Assembly: GCA_963664815.2 (NCBI GenBank)
Contig: CAXXHB010000003.1
Span: forward strand, 3,008,001-3,072,000
Origin: Spirochaetota bacterium
GTDB taxonomy: Bacteria; Spirochaetota; UBA4802; UBA5550
Reading direction: 5' to 3'
Length of the DNA stretch: 64,000 bases
In this document: in pieces, positions 20,903-31,313 of the stretch
How positions within the stretch are numbered: the first letter of the stretch is position 1
How the letters are laid out: each line of letters starts with the position of its first letter
Notes under the pieces: generated by a model
What the model was told of the DNA's origin: nothing
The model's database searches: none
What the model saw: only the letters and a program-made list of their open reading frames with translations
Translations under genes and position numbers: made by a program

Positions 20903-21924
20903 TAATTGACCGCCTGCCCATTTAATTGTTCCTGTACATAATCAAGGCCAAGCAGCAGTTTTTTAGTCTCTTCAACATTCATTCTCCTGGTGTTGTGAGA
21001 TGTATATGACTCAATATTCTCCGACATTAAATCACCTTCATTAAAATATTTATTGTAATTAAGATCCCTGTTATCTGCGAATATTCTGAAATAATCATTA
21101 AGATCCTCCGCTTCAGACATCTCCTCGGAGGTCATAAGACTTTCATAGATCTTCTCTCCATGACGTGTCCCGATTACTTTGATTTCATTTTTTGCGTTAA
21201 AAATCTCCTTTAATGTCTGAGCAAGAACCGCTATTGTGCAGGCCGGCGCTTTTTGTACAAATATATCACCTGGATTCCCATGCTGAAATGCATATAATAC
21301 AAGATCAATTGCATTTTCAAGACTCATCATAAACCTCGTCATATTCGGATTTGTTATTGTAAGAGGCTTTCCGCTTTTAATCTGGTCAATAAAAAGCGGA
21401 ATAACCGACCCGCGTGATGCCATAACATTTCCATACCTGGTACCACACATAACAGTACCAGTTATACTACTGTTGCGCGACTTGGCGACCATAATCTTTT
21501 CCATCATTGCTTTTGAAATACCCATGGCATTAATAGGGTATACTGCTTTATCAGTACTTAAAACTATTACTTTTTTTATCCCGTTATCTATTGCTGCATT
21601 TAAAACGTTTTCCGTTCCTATCACATTAGTACGAACAGCTTCCATCGGGAAAAACTCGCATGACGGCACCTGTTTTAATGCTGCTGCACTGAATATATAA
21701 TCAACACCCTTAAGGGCATAGTTTATACTGTTATAATCGCGGACATCCCCTATATAAAATTTAAGCTTATCGTTATTATAAAGTTTCCGCATATCATCCT
21801 GCTTCTTTTCATCACGGCTGAAAATGCGAATCTCCTTTATTTCTGTTTTTAAGAACCTATTCACTGTTGCGTTTCCGAAAGATCCAGTACCACCGGTGAT
21901 TAGCAAAGTTTTATTTTTAAACAC
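20902..21924 (-). CDS. fnlA: UDP-GlcNAc 4,6-dehydratase/5-epimerase (FnlA/CapE/WbjB)
   Basis: TGGTGSFG, SRDEKKQDDMR, AALKQVPSCEFFP, STDKAVYPINAMG.SK, RYGNV..SRGS. Confidence 0.95.
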   Translation of the reverse strand: MFKNKTLLITGGTGSFGNATVNRFLKTEIKEIRIFSRDEKKQDDMRKLYNNDKLKFYIGDVRDYNSINYALKGVDYIFSAAALKQVPSCEFFPMEAVRTNVIGTENVLNAAIDNGIKKVIVLSTDKAVYPINAMGISKAMMEKIMVAKSRNSSITGTVMCGTRYGNVMASRGSVIPLFIDQIKSGKPLTITNPNMTRFMMSLENAIDLVLYAFQHGNPGDIFVQKAPACTIAVLAQTLKEIFNAKNEIKVIGTRHGEKIYESLMTSEEMSEAEDLNDYFRIFADNRDLNYNKYFNEGDLMSENIESYTSHNTRRMNVEETKKLLLGLDYVQEQLNGQAVN

Positions 21925-22675
21925 AAATATACCTTTTTTTACTATTTATTTTTTTAAACTTTAAAAATCTAAAAAACAAATGAAAACCTATATATGCTCT
22001 ATCTTTTAAAATTGAAATAAATGAATATGGACTCCTATTACTTAGAAATGTATCATCTGTTTTTGAAGCAGAAAAATTTTCTCCATGCCTTCTTAAGTAA
22101 ATAAGCCTTTCTTTAAGAATATATGTATTTCCAAATAATTCACAAATTAAGCCGATCCACATATCATGCGATTTTATTTTAGGAGGAAACGGTAAAATAT
22201 ACTGTAACATTTCTTTCTTAAAAGCTAAACAACAACCCACATATTTATTTTTAAAGAAATTATTAAAAAAACCATCTATTTTCCTGTTAGAAAAGAATGA
22301 CTCCTTTATTACTTCAAGATCTTTATTTACTATAAAACAATCAGATGCGACCAGACTATTTCTATTTAATTTTTCTTTCATCGCAACAACTTTATTATCC
22401 AACCAAACATCATCTTGATCAGTTAAAAATATAAAATCACCAGTTGCTTGATTCATCGCATTTTCAAAATTGGTAATATGTCCTTTTTTTCTATTATATA
22501 TTATCTTGATCCTATTATCTTTAAATTGATTAATGATGTTTACGGTATTATCATTACTATTATCATCAGAAATAATAATTTCGTCATCAATATTTATCTG
22601 ATTAATAATTGACACCAATTGATCTTTGATATATTTTTCTCCATTATAGGTTGCCATACATATACTTATTTTCAT
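21917..22675 (-). CDS. GT2 family glycosyltransferase
   Basis: SICMATYNGE, SDD.S.D, DQDDVW, HDMWI. Confidence 0.9.
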   Translation of the reverse strand: MKISICMATYNGEKYIKDQLVSIINQINIDDEIIISDDNSNDNTVNIINQFKDNRIKIIYNRKKGHITNFENAMNQATGDFIFLTDQDDVWLDNKVVAMKEKLNRNSLVASDCFIVNKDLEVIKESFFSNRKIDGFFNNFFKNKYVGCCLAFKKEMLQYILPFPPKIKSHDMWIGLICELFGNTYILKERLIYLRRHGENFSASKTDDTFLSNRSPYSFISILKDRAYIGFHLFFRFLKFKKINSKKRYICV

Positions 22676-22956
22676 TTTAAACTTCCTGCACTTGTTATTT
22701 ATTCTAAAACAATTTCCATGTATAAATTAAAAACTCATTTTATCAAAATTTTCTTTCTCGTCAGTTCTTGGACTTTCTTTTTAGACAAATGTGCGAAAAA
22801 TATACGTTATCAAGTGAACTGGGCTCCCTTCTTATTTGTAGAATTAGCTTCTTGAAGAAACAACGATGAAATTCAGTAAATTATAGTGAAGAGGATTTGC
22901 CCATAGATTTTCAATTATCACTTAATACAGGTATGCAATTAATTAAACGTTTATAT

Positions 22957-24072
22957 TTATGTAAATAAACTTCGAACTGCCGAAGATACTTCATCTATTT
23001 GTTTATCAGACAAATTCAAACCACTTGGAATATAAAAACCTCTTTCCGCAATATTTTCTGCTATAGGGTAAGATTCGTTTAAAAATAATCCCATTTTATT
23101 AAAAACCGGCTGTTTATGTATAGGATAAAAAAAAGGTCGTGTTCCTATGCCCATTTTATCCAATTTATCCATAGCACACTGAGCATCGAAATCAATATCC
23201 ATACCTAGAACAATACCATAAACCCAATATATATTTTTTGAATAATCAGTTTCGGGTAGTGGTAGTTGTATATTTTTAATATCCCCAAGCAAATTAGTAT
23301 ACCTTGCTCCCATACGTCGTTTACGATCAGCAAATTCATCCATTCTTTCTAACTGAGCAATTCCAACAGCTGCCTGAAGATTACACATACGAAAATTCCA
23401 TCCTAGTTCTTCATGAATGAACCGCCTTGGTGGTATAAAACAAAGATTGCGGAAAGAGCGGCATTTATTTGCGTGATTTTCATCATCTGTTAAAACCATC
23501 CCTCCCTCACCGGTAGTTATCAATTTATTCGGATAAAAGCTAAATGTACTTAAATCTCCAAAACTACCACAAGGACGTCCTTTATATGTCTGTCCGTGTG
23601 ATTCAGCAGCATCTTCAATAATTTTCAATCCATATTTATCAGCTAATGCAATCACCGGGTCCATATCAACCGGAAGTCCATATATATGTACAATCATAAT
23701 TGCTTTTGTTTTTTTTGTAATTTTTGATTCAATTTGATGAGTATCCATATTCCAGGTCAATGGATCTGAATCAACAAGAACAGGAATAGCACCAGCTCGT
23801 ACTATACTGGCAGCACATGAAATAATTGTAAAAGCAGGAAGTATAATTTCATCACCCTTCTGAATATTAAGAGCAACTACTGCCACATCGATTGCGACGG
23901 AACCATTTGAAACAGCTATTCCAAATTTTCTGTTAACTTTTTTTGAAAAACTTTCTTCAAATTTTTTTATAAATGGCCCATCGCTTGATATCCAACCTGT
24001 ATCAATACATTCACTTAAATATTTTTTTTCATTACCATCTAATAATGGTTCATTTACCGGTATATATTCCAT
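22957..24072 (-). CDS. per: DegT/DnrJ aminotransferase, perosamine-synthase type
   Basis: IPVNEP, GWISS.G, VHIYGLP, EDAAE, SFYPNKLITTGEGG, GWNFRM. Confidence 0.8.
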   Translation of the reverse strand: MEYIPVNEPLLDGNEKKYLSECIDTGWISSDGPFIKKFEESFSKKVNRKFGIAVSNGSVAIDVAVVALNIQKGDEIILPAFTIISCAASIVRAGAIPVLVDSDPLTWNMDTHQIESKITKKTKAIMIVHIYGLPVDMDPVIALADKYGLKIIEDAAESHGQTYKGRPCGSFGDLSTFSFYPNKLITTGEGGMVLTDDENHANKCRSFRNLCFIPPRRFIHEELGWNFRMCNLQAAVGIAQLERMDEFADRKRRMGARYTNLLGDIKNIQLPLPETDYSKNIYWVYGIVLGMDIDFDAQCAMDKLDKMGIGTRPFFYPIHKQPVFNKMGLFLNESYPIAENIAERGFYIPSGLNLSDKQIDEVSSAVRSLFT

Positions 24073-24074
24073 AA

Positions 24075-24503
24075 TTACTTAATCTCTATCTGCTTAATAT
24101 CTACACCCGTAAAAAATTCTTTATCTATTCCTTCGATAAATGGTCCTTGCTTAACTTCTATCATCTCTGTATCCTCAATCATTTCAAAACCATGACCCCC
24201 ATATGCCAATAAAATCACATCCCCTGATTCAAGAACTTTGCTTTCTAAATAAACTCTCTGTTTATTGTACAAATCAACTCTTATTTTCCCGCGTCTAATG
24301 AATAAAACCTCTTGCGTTAAATTTATTTCTCTATGATTAGCAATATGTATATGAGCTTTTATTGTCTTCCCGGCCGAATGATACATATAAGCCAATTGTT
24401 GTGTTGAATCATTGGGGGTCAAAAACAAAGATCCATCTTTTTTAAAATTATTCCTTATAATTATTGAAATAATTTCATTATTATATTTTATTTCTTCTAT
24501 CAT
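24075..24503 (-). CDS. Cupin-fold protein (sugar-modification associated)
   Basis: AHIH, TQEVL, GGHGF, EVKQGP. Confidence 0.7.
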   Translation of the reverse strand: MIEEIKYNNEIISIIIRNNFKKDGSLFLTPNDSTQQLAYMYHSAGKTIKAHIHIANHREINLTQEVLFIRRGKIRVDLYNKQRVYLESKVLESGDVILLAYGGHGFEMIEDTEMIEVKQGPFIEGIDKEFFTGVDIKQIEIK

Positions 24504-24619
24504 ATATTTATATTTTTACTTAGTTGATTCCAAAACAGTCAATGAAATTTTATACTTTTTACTAATTTCTTACTTACAAATAATTTTACAAAAAATTAGT
24601 TTTATGATATATACAATTC

Positions 24620-26128
24620 CTAATTATTTTTTTTAAAAAAAAGTTGTTCTATAGAATTAATTATATTTTTTTTATATATATAAACAATCAATAAAGCAAT
24701 AAATAGTAATATAATTTCTATGACTATTTTTATTAAAGCTGTAATAATAATATTAATAAGTGAATTATTGAATGTTATTATTACAATAAAATAGTCAACT
24801 AAAAATGAAGTAATAATACCATATAGTATTATAGCTAAAAGTGGAAATAAGTACTTATTAATAAAATAATATTCTTCAAGATTTTTTAGAATCACTGCAA
24901 TATAAAAACAACAAATAATAAATGAAATTATTATTATTGCAATAGATACTCCAATAATACACAACCACTTCCAAAATACATAATAGATCAAAGGAGAGAT
25001 TATTCCTACTATAATTAATAAATTAATCATTTTCCCAATTCTCTTTGTTGAAATCACAACCATACATGATATATTGGAAATTGTAATTAATATAGGTAAC
25101 CATACTAAAATTTTTGTCAGGCGAATACTATCAAAGTATTTCGGCAAAAAAAACATAATAATTGGTTGAGCAATAAAAAAGATTATTGAACACAATACAA
25201 TTGCCAATAAAGAATAAATAAATATCCCTGAAAAAAATATTTCTCCTAAATTATTCGTTTCTTTAGGTTTTAATGCTTCAATATATATTTTTGTCGAAAA
25301 AACCTGTCCAAGGCTGTTTAAAACTACAAAAGACAGCATCCCTACCTGTATTGCAACAGCATAGATACCGACAGCATCTGCACCAGCTAGATACATCAGC
25401 ATATAGCGATCAGATTGCATAATAAAGCCAGATAGAATAGTATTAATATTTTGTTTAAACCCTGTAACAACAATTTGGTTAATCTTCGACCAAAGCGGAA
25501 TCAGTGGTTTTCCTATATAACCCTTCGTTATGAAATAAAAAAAGAAAATAAAATTTGATATTAAAAAAGAAAAACATAATCCATATAACTTAAAAAAATA
25601 TGTAAGTATCAATGAAAGTACTAAATAAATTAAATTAAAAATTATAATTCCAAAAGTTAATGTCCTGTAATGCTCACGTGAACGAATTATCCCATAAGCA
25701 TAATTCGCTATTTCCTGAAAAAAATATGCAGCTATAAAAATGGGCAATAAATATAAAATCCACTCCGGTATTCTTGAAAAAAAAATATAAATAAAAAAAA
25801 TATACATTATACATGCAATAAAATAAGAAAATAAGATTACTCCAATTCCATGATTTATTATTTTTTTATGTTCATCAGGAGTATCTTCTGTCTTACAAAT
25901 AAATATTGGTATAGAATTAGAAACTCCCATACTCAGTAATTGGAATAACGGATTAAGAGAAATAAAAAAATTAAATGTTCCATATTCAGCAACTGATATT
26001 AAATTAGGAACAATAAAACCTCTCACAATACTACTAAAAAAACCAATAATACTTGCTATAGAAAATAATATTGAATCTTTAATAAATTTTAATACTACTG
26101 GATTTATAGATTTTTTTTTTAGATTCAT
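24620..26128 (-). CDS. wzx: Oligosaccharide flippase (Wzx/MOP family)
   Basis: About 12-14 TMs, EYG.F, DRYML...G..AVGIYAVA. Confidence 0.85.
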   Translation of the reverse strand: MNLKKKSINPVVLKFIKDSILFSIASIIGFFSSIVRGFIVPNLISVAEYGTFNFFISLNPLFQLLSMGVSNSIPIFICKTEDTPDEHKKIINHGIGVILFSYFIACIMYIFFIYIFFSRIPEWILYLLPIFIAAYFFQEIANYAYGIIRSREHYRTLTFGIIIFNLIYLVLSLILTYFFKLYGLCFSFLISNFIFFFYFITKGYIGKPLIPLWSKINQIVVTGFKQNINTILSGFIMQSDRYMLMYLAGADAVGIYAVAIQVGMLSFVVLNSLGQVFSTKIYIEALKPKETNNLGEIFFSGIFIYSLLAIVLCSIIFFIAQPIIMFFLPKYFDSIRLTKILVWLPILITISNISCMVVISTKRIGKMINLLIIVGIISPLIYYVFWKWLCIIGVSIAIIIISFIICCFYIAVILKNLEEYYFINKYLFPLLAIILYGIITSFLVDYFIVIITFNNSLINIIITALIKIVIEIILLFIALLIVYIYKKNIINSIEQLFFKKNN

Positions 26129-26174
26129 AATATAATATAGGAATACTTTTTTCTTAACTGTTTTATATGAATTT

Positions 26175-27716
26175 TTATCGATATTTATTAATTAAATCAG
26201 ACATTAAAATATATATATTTTCAGAAGATTTCCCATCTATATTTTTTAAATACTTGTTTAAATAATTTTTTCGTCCATTTTTCAGCTTTTCTTTTAAAAC
26301 ATTATTATTTTCCCATTCAATTAAAAACTGTTTAATTGATATTCCATTATTTACACCAACAGCAGCATTTTCCTTTTCAAATGGCATAAATTTATTATAA
26401 TCAGCATCTTCATCATATATCATTATATCTTTATCATAAGCTATCGCTTCAATAATAGCGGTTGAATAAAAACCAATTACTATCTGGGAACCGCCAATTA
26501 AATCTGTAACATTATCATTATGATTCTTTAAAATAACATTTTTCAATTTTCTTTTTTTGATTTCTTTAGCAAAATATGAATTTTTTTCATCAGGATGTGG
26601 TTTAATAATTAATTGAAAATTTTCAACTTGTTCAAAAGAACTAATTATCTCAATTTTCATTCTTTTCATTTTTCTATTACCTATTCCGTGAGGATGCCCT
26701 GGCTGAGATATAAATAATACTTTAACCTTACCATTATTATTGTTTTCAGAGAATTCTACTATATCCTTTTTTATCCTGTCATAACCTGGATTTCCAGTTA
26801 TCACAAATTTAGTCATCTCCGCTCCCATTTTAATTAATGTATCCATCGTATCTGTATTCCATATTGCAACAACATCTGTTATTGGAAAACAGAAATCGGA
26901 ACATACATCAGATACTATGCCTTGTTGTATCACCATTGTGGGAATTTTTTTTGCCTTAGCTGACAACAGTAAGGCAATGCACCTTGGATCACAAAAATCT
27001 CCACTAATGACTATTTTTGGCTTTAATTCATCAAGTAATTTATCTGCCATCAATATAAATGGAACATATATATGAAATTGGTTCTTAAGACTGTTTTTTA
27101 AAAAAAAGAAATAATCCTTTATAATTTTAATGTTTTTTTTGGAATCTCTCTGTTCATCAATATTTTTTTTTCTGAAATACTTTAAATGAAACAGATCAGG
27201 AAATGAATGTTTCTCAGAATTTAAATCATCTAATGAATAGTAATTATAAATATTTACCTGAGGATATGTATCAACTTTATCAATTAAACCAACATTTATT
27301 GTATTATATTTTTTATGATAAGAATCAAGCCTGGTAATGGGTTCAAAAAGCTGGCTAAAATGCTTTTCGGTAAAATTTAGAAACATGACTAAATCTTTAT
27401 CTTCAGTAAATATTTCTGATTTTAAAATACTTTTATTAAAAACATCAGTGTTGTTAAATTTTTCTATATTCACCAACTTAATGAAAATAGAATTGAGTAC
27501 AAATAACGCTTTATATCCGTATGATATTATTTTTGGTTTCATATATGTCAATGGAAGATAGTAATAAGCAAGAGATGGGTTAATTAAACTTATATAGGAT
27601 ATACCTTTAATAGTAAAAATATCGTTTAGTGTTTTGTTATTATATTCTTCTTTTTCAACTGATTTAATTTGCCTGGCGCAATAAGAATATATTTCTGATA
27701 TATTATTCTCTTTCAT
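26175..27716 (-). CDS. GT-B-like protein, candidate nonulosonic-acid transferase
   Basis: IQQG, TGNPGYD, IKPHP.E, STAIIEA, DGKSS; start MKENN overlaps the upstream stop (ATGA). Confidence 0.55.
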   Translation of the reverse strand: MKENNISEIYSYCARQIKSVEKEEYNNKTLNDIFTIKGISYISLINPSLAYYYLPLTYMKPKIISYGYKALFVLNSIFIKLVNIEKFNNTDVFNKSILKSEIFTEDKDLVMFLNFTEKHFSQLFEPITRLDSYHKKYNTINVGLIDKVDTYPQVNIYNYYSLDDLNSEKHSFPDLFHLKYFRKKNIDEQRDSKKNIKIIKDYFFFLKNSLKNQFHIYVPFILMADKLLDELKPKIVISGDFCDPRCIALLLSAKAKKIPTMVIQQGIVSDVCSDFCFPITDVVAIWNTDTMDTLIKMGAEMTKFVITGNPGYDRIKKDIVEFSENNNNGKVKVLFISQPGHPHGIGNRKMKRMKIEIISSFEQVENFQLIIKPHPDEKNSYFAKEIKKRKLKNVILKNHNDNVTDLIGGSQIVIGFYSTAIIEAIAYDKDIMIYDEDADYNKFMPFEKENAAVGVNNGISIKQFLIEWENNNVLKEKLKNGRKNYLNKYLKNIDGKSSENIYILMSDLINKYR

Positions 27717-28534
27717 TTTGAATTCTTGCGAGCAAATACATAATAATAGATACCCAACGAATGGTATAACCAATTTTTTGACATTATTTTATTCTTAAAA
27801 AAACCACGGTGCATATCAATGAGATGAACATATCGTGTTTTTAATGATGAGGGAAGACTAATTTCGGGTACAGGATAACCCCTCCCTGCATGAAAAACTT
27901 CAAAACCTGCTGCCTCAAAAGAATTCACATATTGCCGCAATGAATAATTTTTAGCATGATTTAAATTTAATTTATACTCATTCCACATTAAGTTTTTTTT
28001 CCCTAAAAGCAATTTTATAAGATGAATAAAGGAATTATAAATGTCAGCAACTGTTTGAATAGAAAATTTTCTATTGGGAATAACAGATACAACAATACCA
28101 TTATCTTTAAGAACTCTGTACATCTCCCGCAAAGGAAGATTTTCAATCTCAAATATATCTAATAAACCAGCACTGTATATTAAATCCAACTTATCTGATT
28201 CTAGAGGAAGTTTTGTGGCATCACCAACAATAATATTATTCTTCAACTTTTTTTGTTTAAAACTTTCCTTTGCCATTAATAGGGCATTAAAACAAAAATC
28301 AAGAGAATATGTATCATATCCCTTCATTGACATCAACTGACTAAAAAAAGCCTGACCACAACCAACCTCTAAAATTTTCTTTTCAATTTTTTCTGTTTTT
28401 TCTGACTTCATTAACAACTCATCTATATCATCGCTTAATATAGACAAAAGTATAAAATTTCGAGTCAAATTATCATTATCACTTTTCTTTACAAAAAAAT
28501 CATCCCAATACTTTTGCTTTTTTGCCTGAATCAT
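27713..28534 (-). CDS. Class I SAM-dependent methyltransferase
   Basis: ILEVGCG, GDATKLP, EMYRVLK.NG. Confidence 0.85.
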   Translation of the reverse strand: MIQAKKQKYWDDFFVKKSDNDNLTRNFILLSILSDDIDELLMKSEKTEKIEKKILEVGCGQAFFSQLMSMKGYDTYSLDFCFNALLMAKESFKQKKLKNNIIVGDATKLPLESDKLDLIYSAGLLDIFEIENLPLREMYRVLKDNGIVVSVIPNRKFSIQTVADIYNSFIHLIKLLLGKKNLMWNEYKLNLNHAKNYSLRQYVNSFEAAGFEVFHAGRGYPVPEISLPSSLKTRYVHLIDMHRGFFKNKIMSKNWLYHSLGIYYYVFARKNSK

Positions 28535-28590
28535 ATATTTCCATTTTAATTTATATTCATTTCAGATAATGCGGATATAAGTTTTTCAGA

Positions 28591-29580
28591 CTAATAATTA
28601 TTCTTCAGATCCTTTATATCTTCTTCAACCATCATTTTTACAAGTTCTTTAAACTTATATTTAGGAGAAAATCCAAATGTTTTTTGTGCTTTTGAAGTAT
28701 CTGCAGCTAAAATGCTATTCGTAGCAGGCCTCAATAATGATTGATCGATCTCCACATAATCTTCAACTTTGAGGTTTACAATTTTAAAAGCTTCATCAAG
28801 AAATTCCTTTACAGTATGAGTTTCACCAGTACCTATAACAAAATCATCAGGTTTTTCAAGTTGCATTATATTCCATGCTGCTTCCATATACTCTCTGGCA
28901 TACCCCCAATCAATACTTGCACTTAAATCACCCAATTTCAATTTTTCTTGTTTACCGAGCGAAATTGAAGCTGCTGCCCTGGTTATCTTTCTGGTCACAT
29001 AATCTACAGTTCGTCGAGAAGATTCATGGTTAAAAAATATCGCCGTTGATGCGAAAATCCCAAAAGTTTCACGGTAAAACCTTACGGTATGAAATGCAAA
29101 TATTTTACCGCAGGCATAAATACTTTGTGGTTTAAATTCTGTTTTTTCATTTTGCAATTGTAAATCGGATTGCCCGAACATGTTTGATGAACAGGGTTGA
29201 AAATATTTAATTTTTGGATCTATCTGACGTATCATCTCTAAAATTCGTGCAACTGCTGATGCAGTAATATCACCTGAATATCCGACAATATCATAACTCC
29301 ATCCCACATGATCCTGATCAGCTTCATTGTATATTTCATGAGGACGAACATTATTGATTATACGGTACAACGAAGTAGCATCCGACAAATCTCCTCTTTC
29401 AAGAAAAAAAGTTCTATTAAATATATCCTGGTTATTAATCAAATGATTGATATTTTTTGTATTTCCTGTCGCAGATTTACGTACCATTCCATGAACTTCA
29501 TAGCCCTTCTCAAGCAATAATTCTGCTAAATAGCTTCCATCCTGCCCTGTAACACCAAATATCAATGCCTTCTTTTTCAT
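28591..29580 (-). CDS. GDP-mannose 4,6-dehydratase-like SDR with altered catalytic residues
   Basis: [26 protein letters not shown]; but PCSSN replaces ASTSE. Confidence 0.85.
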   Translation of the reverse strand: MKKKALIFGVTGQDGSYLAELLLEKGYEVHGMVRKSATGNTKNINHLINNQDIFNRTFFLERGDLSDATSLYRIINNVRPHEIYNEADQDHVGWSYDIVGYSGDITASAVARILEMIRQIDPKIKYFQPCSSNMFGQSDLQLQNEKTEFKPQSIYACGKIFAFHTVRFYRETFGIFASTAIFFNHESSRRTVDYVTRKITRAAASISLGKQEKLKLGDLSASIDWGYAREYMEAAWNIMQLEKPDDFVIGTGETHTVKEFLDEAFKIVNLKVEDYVEIDQSLLRPATNSILAADTSKAQKTFGFSPKYKFKELVKMMVEEDIKDLKNNY

Positions 29581-29610
29581 TTTAATCTCTCCGCTTGATA
29601 GAAATCTTTT

Positions 29611-30030
29611 CTATTTAATAAAACTCTGGACAACAAATAATTCAGGTAAATCATCAAAATATTTCCACTCCGAACTTTGGTCATCCAGTTTGATTTCATC
29701 ATCCTGAACAACAACTTTATGGGCAATACTCACTCCCTGGACACCACTTACTAAATTATGAGGGTTCTCTTTAAATGAATACTCAAAAATTCCAATTGGA
29801 AAACAATCCTTTATAGTTAATCCAAGTTCCTGTTTAGCTTTTCGTGCAACAGCTTCTTTTAGACTTTCTCCCTTATTTACACGCCCACCAGGTACAAACC
29901 ACTCGCCCTTTAAGGGATCATTTTTTCTTTTCACGAGTAAATATTGATTTTGCGCATTTGTAATGACCAAATCAACACACAAAATTGGCATTACATCTAA
30001 TATCTGTTTATATAGTTCATCTGGTATCAT
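29611..30030 (-). CDS. NUDIX hydrolase, GDP-mannose mannosyl hydrolase (Gmm/WcaH)-like
   Basis: P...VDL, KR...P..G.WFVPGGRV.KGE.L..A..R...ELG, DDQ. Confidence 0.8.
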   Translation of the reverse strand: MIPDELYKQILDVMPILCVDLVITNAQNQYLLVKRKNDPLKGEWFVPGGRVNKGESLKEAVARKAKQELGLTIKDCFPIGIFEYSFKENPHNLVSGVQGVSIAHKVVVQDDEIKLDDQSSEWKYFDDLPELFVVQSFIK

Positions 30031-31229
30031 TCTACTATCCTGAATTCTGGAAATGGAACAATAAATTTACCACCGTTCTTTCTCCATTCACTTTCACGTT
30101 CATACATTTCATCAAAAAACGCCCATGGTAAAACAAGAAAATAATCAGGATTTGCTTTTCGGGCTTCTTCTTCAGAAACAATCGGAATCATTGTCCCCAC
30201 AGTATATTTACCCCATTTTTCAGGACTCCTTTCTGAAGCTCCGGAAACAAGAGTGTGATCAATTCCATAATATTGCAAAGTTGTATTACCCTTTGTTGAT
30301 GCACCTATCACAAAAACTTTCTTACCGTTAGCTACTTCTTTTTTTATAAAAGAGATACATTTTTCTTTTGTATCATTCACTCTCTTAAAAAAATCTTTAT
30401 AATCAGAAATTGAAAATTTTTCATCACATGACACCGGTGTCCCTTTATAATGCCTTGCAAAGATACGGTAACTTCCACCATTAATTTCATTTTCTTCAAT
30501 TTTAAATATTTCAAGTTTATTGTTTTCAAATAAAAATTTCAGCGATTCAAGTGAATAATATTCAAGATGTTCATGGCATATATTTCCCAAATCGTTAGTC
30601 TCAAGCATCTGCCTCAAACACATCAGCTGAGCTATAAATATTCCATCATCATCTAACGCAAGCTGAACATCACGAATAAACTGATTAGGATCTTCCATGT
30701 CATAAAACATACCTATTGCCGTAATAACTTTTGCTTTACCAATACCGGTTGATTTTTCCAGTTTTTCATAATTTTCAATTAACCAAAAATCATTTATAAC
30801 ATGATCAGCCCTTTTATTTAATTCATCCACTAGATTTTTAGCAGGTTCACACCCGATTTTAACGATTTTTTTATTTTTATATGTTTCAAGCAATGTTCCA
30901 TCATTAGCTCCAATATCCAAAACAACATCACCTTCTTTTAAATCTATCAAGCTTTCCACATTTTCAGTAATATTTCTCAATGCTTTTTTCATTGTCTCAG
31001 TTACACCTGACCTGTACCAATAAAATCCAGAATATAAAAGCTCTTGAGGTGCAGTGTGTTTTAACTGTAATAATGAACAATTATGGCAATAAATCATTTC
31101 CAACGGAGCCTGCCTGCCATCCGTCTTTTTTTCAACAAAATCAGAAATGTATAGATTGCCCAATGAAAAAATTGATTCGATTTTGTCAGAGTTGCAAAGT
31201 CTGCAAGTCGATCGAGTGATAATGTTCAT
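30027..31229 (-). CDS. NDP-sugar C-methyltransferase (NovU/TylC3/TcaB9-like)
   Basis: CRLC..C..C Zn site, Y.YRSG, DIGANDG, HEHLEYYS, GASTKG, LPW.F, GGKFIVP.P. Confidence 0.85.
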   Translation of the reverse strand: MNIITRSTCRLCNSDKIESIFSLGNLYISDFVEKKTDGRQAPLEMIYCHNCSLLQLKHTAPQELLYSGFYWYRSGVTETMKKALRNITENVESLIDLKEGDVVLDIGANDGTLLETYKNKKIVKIGCEPAKNLVDELNKRADHVINDFWLIENYEKLEKSTGIGKAKVITAIGMFYDMEDPNQFIRDVQLALDDDGIFIAQLMCLRQMLETNDLGNICHEHLEYYSLESLKFLFENNKLEIFKIEENEINGGSYRIFARHYKGTPVSCDEKFSISDYKDFFKRVNDTKEKCISFIKKEVANGKKVFVIGASTKGNTTLQYYGIDHTLVSGASERSPEKWGKYTVGTMIPIVSEEEARKANPDYFLVLPWAFFDEMYERESEWRKNGGKFIVPFPEFRIVE

Positions 31230-31313
31230 AGATAGTCTCCACTTAATAATTTGTAAAAATAATAATAATATATTCCTGACGAATAAGCATATTGTTGTAA
31301 GTAACTACTATAT

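Noticed and set aside
22676-22956. Possible glycosyltransferase C-terminal fossil (CIPVLSDN..)
   Set aside because: The similarity is too weak to support without a search.
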